A DNA stretch of 64,000 bases, taken from positions 1 to 64,000 of the forward strand of contig JAEOTX010000039.1 in NCBI GenBank assembly GCA_016839605.1. The letters run 5' to 3'. Shown here one piece after another: positions 9,952 through 18,128 of this stretch (its first letter is position 1; each line of letters starts with the position of its first letter). Both the position numbers and the translations under genes were made by a program. The stretch comes from Candidatus Thorarchaeota archaeon (GTDB taxonomy: Archaea > Asgardarchaeota > Thorarchaeia > Thorarchaeales > Thorarchaeaceae). Under the pieces are notes generated by a model that saw only the letters and a list, made by a program, of their open reading frames with translations, was not told where the DNA came from and searched no databases.

Positions 9952-10740
9952 CTATGGAGATAGTAATATCAGATTGTAGAAATATAGTCCGAACAAGCCC
10001 AGCGCAATTATCACTAATAGGGTAGCGTTTCCCACAAGCCACATTCGTGCATTCTTCTTTGAGATTTTAATGGGACCCAGAGGTTTCAATCCTGTTGGAG
10101 CACTGCTAGTTATATCAACTGAGCGCCACAGTATCTCAAAGGGGTTCGCATCACTTGGGTAGATGTCCAGATAGAGATGTGAAGCGTAGCCAACCAAGAA
10201 GAGGGCTGTGATATAGTACTCTGTGTGTGCGCCTATGCTCAATGAATATGAAGAAACTATGCTTTGTGCAACATTTACCAACGTCATCAAGACGATAAGA
10301 AAAGGCAGGATTATTGAATGGAAGATGATGTTTCTATGTCGTGCAATTCCTAGAAACGGAATGTCCCAATCAGGCATTAGAGCCCCTGCAATTGTAATCA
10401 CCCCGCCAATGAAAATCGAAATATCTCCGATGAATAGAATACCAGAAGTCCATTGATAGATTACTGCTCCACATAGCGAGCCTATGCAGAATGTCATAAA
10501 GCACAATGCCCCGACAGCACCACGGTTGCTGCTAGTACGACTACTTGCATCTCTGTTTGGAGCCTTGTAGTATAGAATGGGCACAGCTATAAAGGTGAGA
10601 ATAATCCCCCCAGCTAGATAATAGAATAGTAAGTCAAAGAGAAGACCTGAACCAGCCAGCCAGACACTGAAAGCATAGATCAGCGAATATAATGCTACGA
10701 AGAGCGAAAATGCGAACACAATATGAGAAAGACGATTCAT
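9952..10740 (-). CDS. Membrane-bound metal-dependent hydrolase (YdjM-like)
   Basis: N-terminal H, GALMPDWD, HRNIIFHS and GYASHLYLD motifs; multiple TM helices. Confidence 0.75.
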   Translation of the reverse strand: MNRLSHIVFAFSLFVALYSLIYAFSVWLAGSGLLFDLLFYYLAGGIILTFIAVPILYYKAPNRDASSRTSSNRGAVGALCFMTFCIGSLCGAVIYQWTSGILFIGDISIFIGGVITIAGALMPDWDIPFLGIARHRNIIFHSIILPFLIVLMTLVNVAQSIVSSYSLSIGAHTEYYITALFLVGYASHLYLDIYPSDANPFEILWRSVDITSSAPTGLKPLGPIKISKKNARMWLVGNATLLVIIALGLFGLYFYNLILLSP

Positions 10741-10806
10741 CGTATTGATACCTTCCTTATTCTGCAGACCCCTCTGCGTTCGTAAAACCCAATCTTGAAG
10801 CGGGTC

Positions 10807-13110
10807 TTATTTCTTTCCCCGAAGCCCGGGGAACCAGTACTGAGTGCTCTTGGAGTAACTCTTCTGCATCTTAGCGATTCCCTCTTCGACTAGCAGCTCC
10901 AATGCGTTCTTCACACGTTCTTCAGTCCATCCCAGCTTCACGATGGCAGCTTCTATTGTCAGACTCCCGTTTCCAGCTGCTGCCAGACTCATGAGTTGCT
11001 GAGGATCGTCAGTCAATGAAACAGGGATGAAATTGACCAGCACCGCCCCAGTATCAAGAGTGGAAAGCCCCTCAATGAGACCGTCCTTGGACATGTCTTT
11101 GATGATGTCTTCTGTTTCATCTGAGCTTATTGCCCACCCCATATTGTCAAGCCGCACTAAAAGCTCAGAAAGCAGCATTATTCCACCAGAGGGCCTTGAC
11201 TCCTCAGCCAAACGAAGGATGTCCCTTCTTACGCCATCAACACGATCATCTCGCTTGAGAAGACCCTTTACCATTCCTCGTTTCTTCTTTGCCTTTGCAA
11301 TCCAAGCTTCCGCATCATAGCCAAGCTCTGAAAGCAGTTCGACCAGCGCGCTTCTATATGCGGGAATCTTCAGGAGGGTCGCACCTTGTTTTTCAAATGC
11401 TTCACCTAACCGTTCTCGTATTCGCTCAATTCGATTTGCCCGATCTATGAGAACATCCAGCTCCTTATCCAATCTCTCTTCTTTGGAAAGGGGACTAAGA
11501 ACAACTGGAACAACAACATTTCCTGGTGTATGAAGAGTGAACTCCAAATGGCGTTCGCGATAGCCGCGAGCGCTCACACGGCCCTCATAGTTGCTTTTGG
11601 GGAGGGAGGCTTTTATGACTCCTTTCGAGTCAGAACTAGCAGTGAAAGCGCCTAACTCAAGAGTGGCTTCAGGCACGGGAGTTCCCGAATCATCATAGAC
11701 ATGAAACTTCACTCTGCAGGCGGCCTCTCCCGCAGGGAAGACTTTGGATCTTCTTGTTTTCTTTGCTTTCACTGTCTGCTCGGGAATCCCATCGAGTATT
11801 GATTCCAACTCCTGGAGCATGGATCTTTTAGCCAGACCATCAGAAATGAGGGCTTTCGTTCCTTCGCGAAGTAACTTACGTGCCCTTTTGGAAGCCAAAA
11901 GACTCATCTCTTTTGAGAGGGTCCGGATATGCTTTCGTAGGTTGACATCATTGTTCGCACGCTTGGAAATTATCTCTGCAATTGATTTCATGGCATCTGA
12001 TGATGGCAAGAAGACATCAGCAAATTCTCGCAGTCGTCCAACCTGATGGCCTTCCCCCCTCAATCGAGACGGAGGGTACACTGCAACGCGCAAACGCCCC
12101 TTCTTGGAGAAACCTGCCATTACAAAGGGAATGAGAAGAATTGATGATTTCCCCTTCATTTCAACACCTCTTAGAGGTACCAAGAAATCATCCAATAGCT
12201 CCTTTTGTTTGTGAATTGCAGAGCTCATTTTGTTAATTTCATCACGTAGGAGCTCTTCTTGTTCCTGCAAGTTCTGTGACACGTCGCGAGTACTTCCGAG
12301 CAATTCCTCTAACCGCTTCTCGTCCCTTCTGAGTGCATCAGCTCTAGCCTTCCTCTCGCGCTTCAGATCTGCTGCGTCGCTCCTCTGTTCAAGACGAGAA
12401 TCAAGCATCTCTACCTCTTTCTTCAAGAACTCAATTCGCTGTTCCAACCTACTGGTCTTCTGAGATGACTCGGATTGACGCTCACCAACAATACTCTGGA
12501 TTCTCAGATGAATCATGTCCAGTAGCTTCGATAGAAGGTCGTTGGCTGAACTAATTGTGCTAGACGTTTCGTACAGCGTGTCAAACAGACGAGAAGCCTC
12601 TTCTCTGCTGATAGCCTCTGGCAAAACAAGACCAAATGGTTCAACTATGTCATTTATTGGCCAATCCATAAGATCTGAAATCCCATCAGCATGTTGTCCC
12701 GAGAGTAACCCGAGAACAGTCACTTCTTTCCCCTTCATCAAAGACGCAACAAGCGCGTGTGTATCTTCAATGCACTTGTGAAGCTGCTTCGGAAGTTCTG
12801 CTGAATCGATGCAGTTCTGAATGCCTGAAATGTCAATCTCAGACAATGGAAGCATACTCCCAGAGCTGATGCCAAGTAGCTCGATCAAGAAACAGAAATT
12901 CGGTATCGAAGACTGCACGACCATGACGGGATAATATGTTTTGAGGACAAACTCCAATTCTTGTCCATTTCGAGCCTCAAGCGCTCTCAAGACCATGGAT
13001 GCCAGGACATAGTCCTCAGGTACAGCCTGCTCCATTGGCGGACCCCCTGCCAACTGAATACTGCGGGCTGCAGTCGTCGGAATAATGAGTGCATCTTTAT
13101 CTAGGTCCAT
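10807..13110 (-). CDS. Multidomain protein: coiled coil + PEGA/carboxypeptidase-regulatory-like beta domain + C-terminal ESCRT-II Vps22/EAP30-like tandem winged helix
   Basis: C-terminus GGIMLLSEL...IPVSLTDD...LGWTEERVKNALELLVEEGIA...QYWFPGL parallels the Vps22/SNF8 C-terminus; middle VYDDSGTPVPEATL...SDSKG...VSARGY. Confidence 0.75.
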   Translation of the reverse strand: MDLDKDALIIPTTAARSIQLAGGPPMEQAVPEDYVLASMVLRALEARNGQELEFVLKTYYPVMVVQSSIPNFCFLIELLGISSGSMLPLSEIDISGIQNCIDSAELPKQLHKCIEDTHALVASLMKGKEVTVLGLLSGQHADGISDLMDWPINDIVEPFGLVLPEAISREEASRLFDTLYETSSTISSANDLLSKLLDMIHLRIQSIVGERQSESSQKTSRLEQRIEFLKKEVEMLDSRLEQRSDAADLKRERKARADALRRDEKRLEELLGSTRDVSQNLQEQEELLRDEINKMSSAIHKQKELLDDFLVPLRGVEMKGKSSILLIPFVMAGFSKKGRLRVAVYPPSRLRGEGHQVGRLREFADVFLPSSDAMKSIAEIISKRANNDVNLRKHIRTLSKEMSLLASKRARKLLREGTKALISDGLAKRSMLQELESILDGIPEQTVKAKKTRRSKVFPAGEAACRVKFHVYDDSGTPVPEATLELGAFTASSDSKGVIKASLPKSNYEGRVSARGYRERHLEFTLHTPGNVVVPVVLSPLSKEERLDKELDVLIDRANRIERIRERLGEAFEKQGATLLKIPAYRSALVELLSELGYDAEAWIAKAKKKRGMVKGLLKRDDRVDGVRRDILRLAEESRPSGGIMLLSELLVRLDNMGWAISSDETEDIIKDMSKDGLIEGLSTLDTGAVLVNFIPVSLTDDPQQLMSLAAAGNGSLTIEAAIVKLGWTEERVKNALELLVEEGIAKMQKSYSKSTQYWFPGLRGKK

Positions 13111-13217
13111 CGGGGTCCACGCCTTTCGATGGCAAAGAAATCCTTTTCATCCTTTCTAACACCTCATTCCAGCAGGATATGGGAGCGCCTTCTCTTGAAT
13201 TGGAGTCCTAATAGACA

Positions 13218-13580
13218 ATGAAAAGAAACAAGCCGGTCCTTGACCCGTACTGCACTCGTTGTGGTAGCTACAAAGGAATCGGTCTTTGCAATAATAAGAG
13301 CTGCTTGAGCTATGCAGCTGAAATGAAGCGGGAACAATCATTCGAATCAAAGGGGGCATGTGTGCTCTGTCGAGATGACGCTTCAGTTTCATGCGCTCGT
13401 TGTGGCAATATGTACTGCAGTGCACATTCTGAAAATAGTGAAGAAAGTCAGTTTGGCGGGCTGAATCATTATATCGGAATATGTAGCGTCTGCCAAATCC
13501 TTGTATGCGAGAATTGTTGGATTCTCAATGAAAAAGGAGCCATTCAGTGCATAGAACATTTTGAGGATAAACAACAATAG
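13218..13580 (+). CDS. Multi-zinc-finger protein (B-box/AN1-like)
   Basis: Repeated CxxC, CxxH and CxxxxC motifs. Confidence 0.7.
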   Translation: MKRNKPVLDPYCTRCGSYKGIGLCNNKSCLSYAAEMKREQSFESKGACVLCRDDASVSCARCGNMYCSAHSENSEESQFGGLNHYIGICSVCQILVCENCWILNEKGAIQCIEHFEDKQQ

Positions 13581-13647
13581 GGCTAAAGGGAATACATGAT
13601 GGTCATTCTTTTATGTAATGATTACGTGTCCGAGGTGGGAACGACAA

Positions 13648-14751
13648 ATGCCAGAAGCCGCCTTCATCGTTCAATTAGATGACTTTCAAGGGTTCATTGT
13701 GAAGAAGCGTCATCCCTCGTCTCTCGCACTTACAGAAACGATGCTAAATCTCGTTTTCTTTGAGCATCAGCAAGGTGAAGAAGAGGCAATCAGAGATTCT
13801 GATATTGAAGGGATGAGAATCGCATCGTTTGCCATGGAGGTATTCCCCGGCTGGACTGTGTGCTTCGTGCTTAACGAGGATGATGTTCTGGAGGAGATTT
13901 CGGAAGAACTTACAGGGATGGGAAGATTCATGCTTGAACTCATGAATGCTGATCCTGAATCCTTAGAGATTGAAGAGATCCTTGCGAAGAAAAGTTCGAT
14001 GCCTGCTGTCGATGACGAGCAAAAAGCAGCAGCTATTTTCATGACACCTTCCTCAGCCCTTCTTCTAGAGAGGCTCCATACCGAAGGTGTTGAGAGTACT
14101 GCCAAGCTCTCTATGTGGTTGAAGAACCAAATTCAGAGCGAGAATGTGGATTTGCTAGAGGCAATCACGCCCCTTATGGACTCAGGCCTGGTGACAGTGG
14201 AGATCATCGGCAAGCTGGAAACAGCCTTCCTAATGAAAGATGTATTTCCGCACAGAGCGCCGCCTGTGAAGTCGTTCAAGGCCACTAGTGTGGCCCACCC
14301 CAATTTGATGCCGCGATATGAGGAATATCTGAAGAGCTTCTTCTCACCAGACCCTCCAACAAGGGGATACAATCCAACCCTACCTGTTACTGATCCAAAT
14401 TCCCCGATTTTGGAAGATAGAGAGAAGATTGCACGGATTTTATCCAACAGCATCTATTATGCGGTACTCGATTGCCTGAGAAATGGCCCGCTTCGCCTAG
14501 GTCAAATCGCTAGTCAAATCTCATTTCCCGATGGGGTTGTTCAGGGAGCTTTATGGGCTATGGAAGCAGAGCGAATTGTTGCGAATTTTGAAGAGGAAGG
14601 AGTTTGGGCACTTATCACTAATCCCAAGATGGAGATTTTCATGCCAGAGTTTATCCTTCCGATAATCGCTTCAAAGCTTGAAGAGAAAAAGGTTGGTTCA
14701 GATACCGCAAGAAGATATTTGGAGCTTCTCGTGCAGACTTGGAGTGAGTAA
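13648..14751 (+). CDS. Hypothetical protein with N-terminal longin/uDENN-like domain and C-terminal winged helices
   Basis: N-terminal AAFIVQLDDFQGFIVKKRHP beta-hairpin as in uDENN/NPR2-type longins; wHTH-like C-terminal segments; GAGGTG SD before ATG 13648. Confidence 0.55.
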   Translation: MPEAAFIVQLDDFQGFIVKKRHPSSLALTETMLNLVFFEHQQGEEEAIRDSDIEGMRIASFAMEVFPGWTVCFVLNEDDVLEEISEELTGMGRFMLELMNADPESLEIEEILAKKSSMPAVDDEQKAAAIFMTPSSALLLERLHTEGVESTAKLSMWLKNQIQSENVDLLEAITPLMDSGLVTVEIIGKLETAFLMKDVFPHRAPPVKSFKATSVAHPNLMPRYEEYLKSFFSPDPPTRGYNPTLPVTDPNSPILEDREKIARILSNSIYYAVLDCLRNGPLRLGQIASQISFPDGVVQGALWAMEAERIVANFEEEGVWALITNPKMEIFMPEFILPIIASKLEEKKVGSDTARRYLELLVQTWSE

Positions 14752-14752
14752 G

Positions 14753-15604
14753 TTGATTCGAAGCGTCTATATATTGGGTCAAGAGGGAGATGTGCTCTAC
14801 TCCAAGGAATACGCCAAGAGTGAATCAAAAGCCAGTCTGGTCGAATTTCTCGTGAATCTTGTCCAGTTTCTGAAAAGTATGGATCTCGAGGGAAAGACGG
14901 AGTTCATGAACGTATCTATTTCTAGAATATTCTTCGCTCAGAGAGAACTCTTTACGTTCGTCTTTATTGCGGACAAAGCAGACGATGCTGTACAGATTGA
15001 AGACAAGATGACCCAGTTGGTCGAGACCTTCATGAAAGACTTCGCGAATCTAGCCACTGCTAAGCAGCCCCTAGACGGATTCGATTCGAAAGTGGATGAG
15101 ATTGCTGTCACTATGGTCAAAGTCGCAATCCTTGGATTCGCAGGTGTGGGAAAGACTACAACTCTACATTTACTCAGAGGTGAAACACTTCCACTTGTCC
15201 ACGACCCCACAATAGGTGTGAGCATCAAACGGCTCCCTGAAGAAGTCCAGAATGCCAACATCGTACTATGGGACCTAGCAGGACAATCTAGATTCAGTAT
15301 TCTCTGGGCTAAGATGATAGCAAACGCACAGGTTGTTGTTATTGTCACGGATAGCACCCTTGAGAATGTCCTTCGCAGTAAGAAGCTCGTCACACTCGTA
15401 AAGGACGAAGTGCCTGAGGCGAAAGTAATCGGTATTGCTAACAAGCAGGACCTGCCTACCGCTTTAACACCTGAGAGAGTGGGACAGATTCTCAGTATCC
15501 CAACCTATGAATTGGTTGCCATTGACATTTCATATAGAGACCGCTTGATTCAGATAATTCGCAAATCGATTCTTGAGGGCAAGGCTGAAATCAAGGCAGC
15601 ATGA
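14753..15604 (+). CDS. Longin domain fused to Arf-like small GTPase
   Basis: N-terminal IRSVYILGQEGDVLYSKEY (longin); G1 GFAGVGKT, G2 PTIG, G3 WDLAGQ, G4 ANKQD; TTG 14753 right after the upstream stop (track 14678). Confidence 0.88.
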   Translation: MIRSVYILGQEGDVLYSKEYAKSESKASLVEFLVNLVQFLKSMDLEGKTEFMNVSISRIFFAQRELFTFVFIADKADDAVQIEDKMTQLVETFMKDFANLATAKQPLDGFDSKVDEIAVTMVKVAILGFAGVGKTTTLHLLRGETLPLVHDPTIGVSIKRLPEEVQNANIVLWDLAGQSRFSILWAKMIANAQVVVIVTDSTLENVLRSKKLVTLVKDEVPEAKVIGIANKQDLPTALTPERVGQILSIPTYELVAIDISYRDRLIQIIRKSILEGKAEIKAA

Positions 15605-15739
15605 ATTGGCTGTAGGAATCCTCTCTAAATGCGCGAAGTCGCTTGAAATTGAGTTTTATGTGAAATATCCACCACGGCAAAGGTTAAGAACCATACTCAA
15701 GCAGTATCGATATAGTAGGCTATACTAAGGTGACATTTC

Positions 15740-16297
15740 ATGGCCTTTGACATAGGGGAATTAACATCAAAGCTGAAGGAAATCGAAACCTACGCTATGA
15801 AGGTTGCAGAAACCAAGAAGCTTGCCGACCAGTTGGCAGAGAACCTTGCCAAGATGAAGACGGCAATCAATCAGACGATTAATGACAGCTTCACAGAAAT
15901 TGCCAATCAGATTGATACTCTGAGGAAGAATATGAAGGAAATGGAGAGTGTGAAAACAGATGCGCCAATAACGGCTGCACCTGCGGCTGAACCTTCTCCT
16001 ACTCCTGAGCCACTGCCGGTTGCAGAACCTACACCCACGCCGGAGCCTGCTCCTGAGGCAGTTCCTGAGCCTGCTCCCGAGCCAGCTCCTGAACCTGCTG
16101 CGGAGGCCGTTCCTGCAGAGGGTAGCGATCAGCTAGACTTTCTCCTTCAACAGAAGGACAGACTAAAGGCATCGCTCACTGATCTTCGATTTGACTACAT
16201 GAGAGGCTATATTCCTGAGGATGATTACAAATCCAAGGAAACAGAGCTGGATACCCAGCTGGAAGAGATTGACCGTCAGATTGCAGGTCTTAAGTAG
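15740..16297 (+). CDS. Coiled-coil protein with Pro/Ala/Glu linker and C-terminal SHOCT/CdvA-like helical motif
   Basis: Heptad-rich N-terminus, (PEPA)n linker, LRFDYMRGYIPEDDYKSK; AAGGTGA SD. Confidence 0.65.
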   Translation: MAFDIGELTSKLKEIETYAMKVAETKKLADQLAENLAKMKTAINQTINDSFTEIANQIDTLRKNMKEMESVKTDAPITAAPAAEPSPTPEPLPVAEPTPTPEPAPEAVPEPAPEPAPEPAAEAVPAEGSDQLDFLLQQKDRLKASLTDLRFDYMRGYIPEDDYKSKETELDTQLEEIDRQIAGLK

Positions 16298-16441
16298 TAG
16301 TAATGTGAGGCGGCCGTAGGTCCAAAAAGGGACCTTGGCCAGCCCCCAATTCCTTTTTCTCAATTCGTAATGATTCTATTCTTTTAGAGAATAACATGGA
16401 CAAGGCTACTCAAAATAGGTTGAAAGAATAGAAGACACTTA

Positions 16442-17329
16442 CTATGTAGATTTCTTCTTTGATGTCTTCTTGGCCTTTGGCTTCGCTTCAGCCTTCTTCG
16501 CGGTGGTCTTCTTAGGCTTAGCCTTTTCCTCGGTCTTTTTTGTTGTGGCCTTCTTTGTCGCCGTTTTCTTAGGCTTGGCCTTTTCCTCAGCCTTCTTCTT
16601 GGTAGTCTTCTTAGCTTTAGGCTCAGCCTTCTTTGCTGCAGTCTTCTTAGGCTTAGGCTTTTCCTCAGCTTTCTTCTTGGTAGTCTTCTTAGGTTTAGGC
16701 TCAGCTTTCTTCTTGGTAGTCTTCTTAGGCTTGGGCTCAGCTTTCTTCTCCGCGGTCTTCTTAGCTTTAGGCTTTGGTTTTGGTTTAGGCTCAGGTGTTA
16801 CAGGAGCTGGCTCGGGAGCAGTTTCTTGAGCTAGAGGCTCAACAACTACTTCTGGAAGCTTGGCCTTGGATTTCTCCTTCTTCACTCCAGCCTCCCTTCT
16901 CTGTCGAGTCAATCTACTAGGCTTAACCACACTACCTGCTGATGATGCTGCTATCAGTTCAGCATCCATATCCTTGGTAATGACGGTCGCCTTTGGTACT
17001 GAAGAGGCGACTTCCTCCAACGCATCTGCAAGCATGATCGGGGCTTCTGTTTCTTGCCGCTCTAGCTCGTTGGGGGTCGTATAGACTTCCAGTCCACCTT
17101 CCCGGATATATGGCACGATAACGCCGTCCGCTTCTTTTTGCCGTAGGATTCGTCTTGCGACGCTCATTCTGACGCCAAAACGATTAGCAATATCATACTG
17201 TGTTACAGAGCGGGTTTTCTCAAGATACTCATCTATGCTTGACTCCACTTCTGGCTTCAGAATCGCATCTCGAACAATTCTCTCTGTCTTTGCAGCGGTT
17301 TTGCCCCATTTCTTCCGACTGATAGCAAT
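16442..17329 (-). CDS. rps25e: Ribosomal protein eS25 with long Lys/Ala/Pro-rich C-terminal extension
   Basis: SRKKWGK...VTQYDIANRFGVRMSVARRILR...GVI...VYT matches the eS25 wHTH; frame is open upstream of the track start to ATT 17329, which follows an AAGGAG SD. Confidence 0.8.
   Translation of the reverse strand: MAISRKKWGKTAAKTERIVRDAILKPEVESSIDEYLEKTRSVTQYDIANRFGVRMSVARRILRQKEADGVIVPYIREGGLEVYTTPNELERQETEAPIMLADALEEVASSVPKATVITKDMDAELIAASSAGSVVKPSRLTRQRREAGVKKEKSKAKLPEVVVEPLAQETAPEPAPVTPEPKPKPKPKAKKTAEKKAEPKPKKTTKKKAEPKPKKTTKKKAEEKPKPKKTAAKKAEPKAKKTTKKKAEEKAKPKKTATKKATTKKTEEKAKPKKTTAKKAEAKPKAKKTSKKKST
16465..16795 (-). repeat. Degenerate ~36-nt coding tandem repeats (KKKAEPKPKKTT)
   Basis: Repeated ctcagc(c/t)ttcttcttggtagtcttcttag on the + strand. 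Confidence 0.85.
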
Positions 17330-17453
17330 TACTCTCCTTTAGACTATTGAGGAGTCACGCGAAGGTTTTGGGTTCGACTTTTAAAGGTGCTCATTGCTCC
17401 CTGATAGTTGAGCGTCATCCGTGCTCCTGATAGCGAAAACGCCGGGTTTGAGG

Positions 17454-18110
17454 ATGCCAAGACAGCTGAATGACATCAAAGAACTAGGCCACAGACTTGT
17501 GGCTCATGCATACCCTGAGTTCGATGGCAGAGATCTCAAGATTGATACTGGCAAATTGAGATCTTACGGGCAAGTTAGATGGAGTGATGCGGGTGGGATA
17601 CAAATCATATGCCATCAAGATGTCATGGAATGGCCAGAACCTGCATTAATTGGATTGTTGGCTCATGAGATTAGTCATCCTGCAGAAGGAAGTTCCTCTG
17701 AAGAAGGCACAGATCGAGATGTCATTAGCAGGGGTTTAGGCCACTACCTTGCCGTAGAACGTGCATTTGTCGATAAGTACGGTGATCACATTATAAGCAA
17801 AGGCAAAGACCGTTACTTGGGATTTCAAAGCGTCAGGGAGCTGCTCAATGACCATGAGCAGAGAATTATGGAGAATCTGCTTGAGGACTTCAAGATTCTA
17901 CCCTCAAAAGAAACGAGGAAGTTCAGATTGATTCATGACACAGCAATTCACGATGAAATCGGACACTCCATCTTGTTGATTGAAGGGCAATCAATTAGAG
18001 TGGAAGGAGCTCGCCCGAACTCTGACATTAAATTGCTCTTTCGTGATGAGATTCTCTATGTTTATGCAGACGATGATGTCGTTGCCCAAGTCCCTTGGCG
18101 CGAAAGGTAG
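17454..18110 (+). CDS. Hypothetical protein with zincin-like HExxH motif
   Basis: GLLAHEISH...EEGTD; start set to ATG 17454 (track 17421). Confidence 0.6.
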   Translation: MPRQLNDIKELGHRLVAHAYPEFDGRDLKIDTGKLRSYGQVRWSDAGGIQIICHQDVMEWPEPALIGLLAHEISHPAEGSSSEEGTDRDVISRGLGHYLAVERAFVDKYGDHIISKGKDRYLGFQSVRELLNDHEQRIMENLLEDFKILPSKETRKFRLIHDTAIHDEIGHSILLIEGQSIRVEGARPNSDIKLLFRDEILYVYADDDVVAQVPWRER

Positions 18111-18128
18111 AGAACAGACACAAGCGAT

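Noticed and set aside
16465-16795. Periodic repeats resembling a CRISPR array (also 29763-29846)
   Set aside because: In-frame coding repeats with no unique spacers and no cas genes
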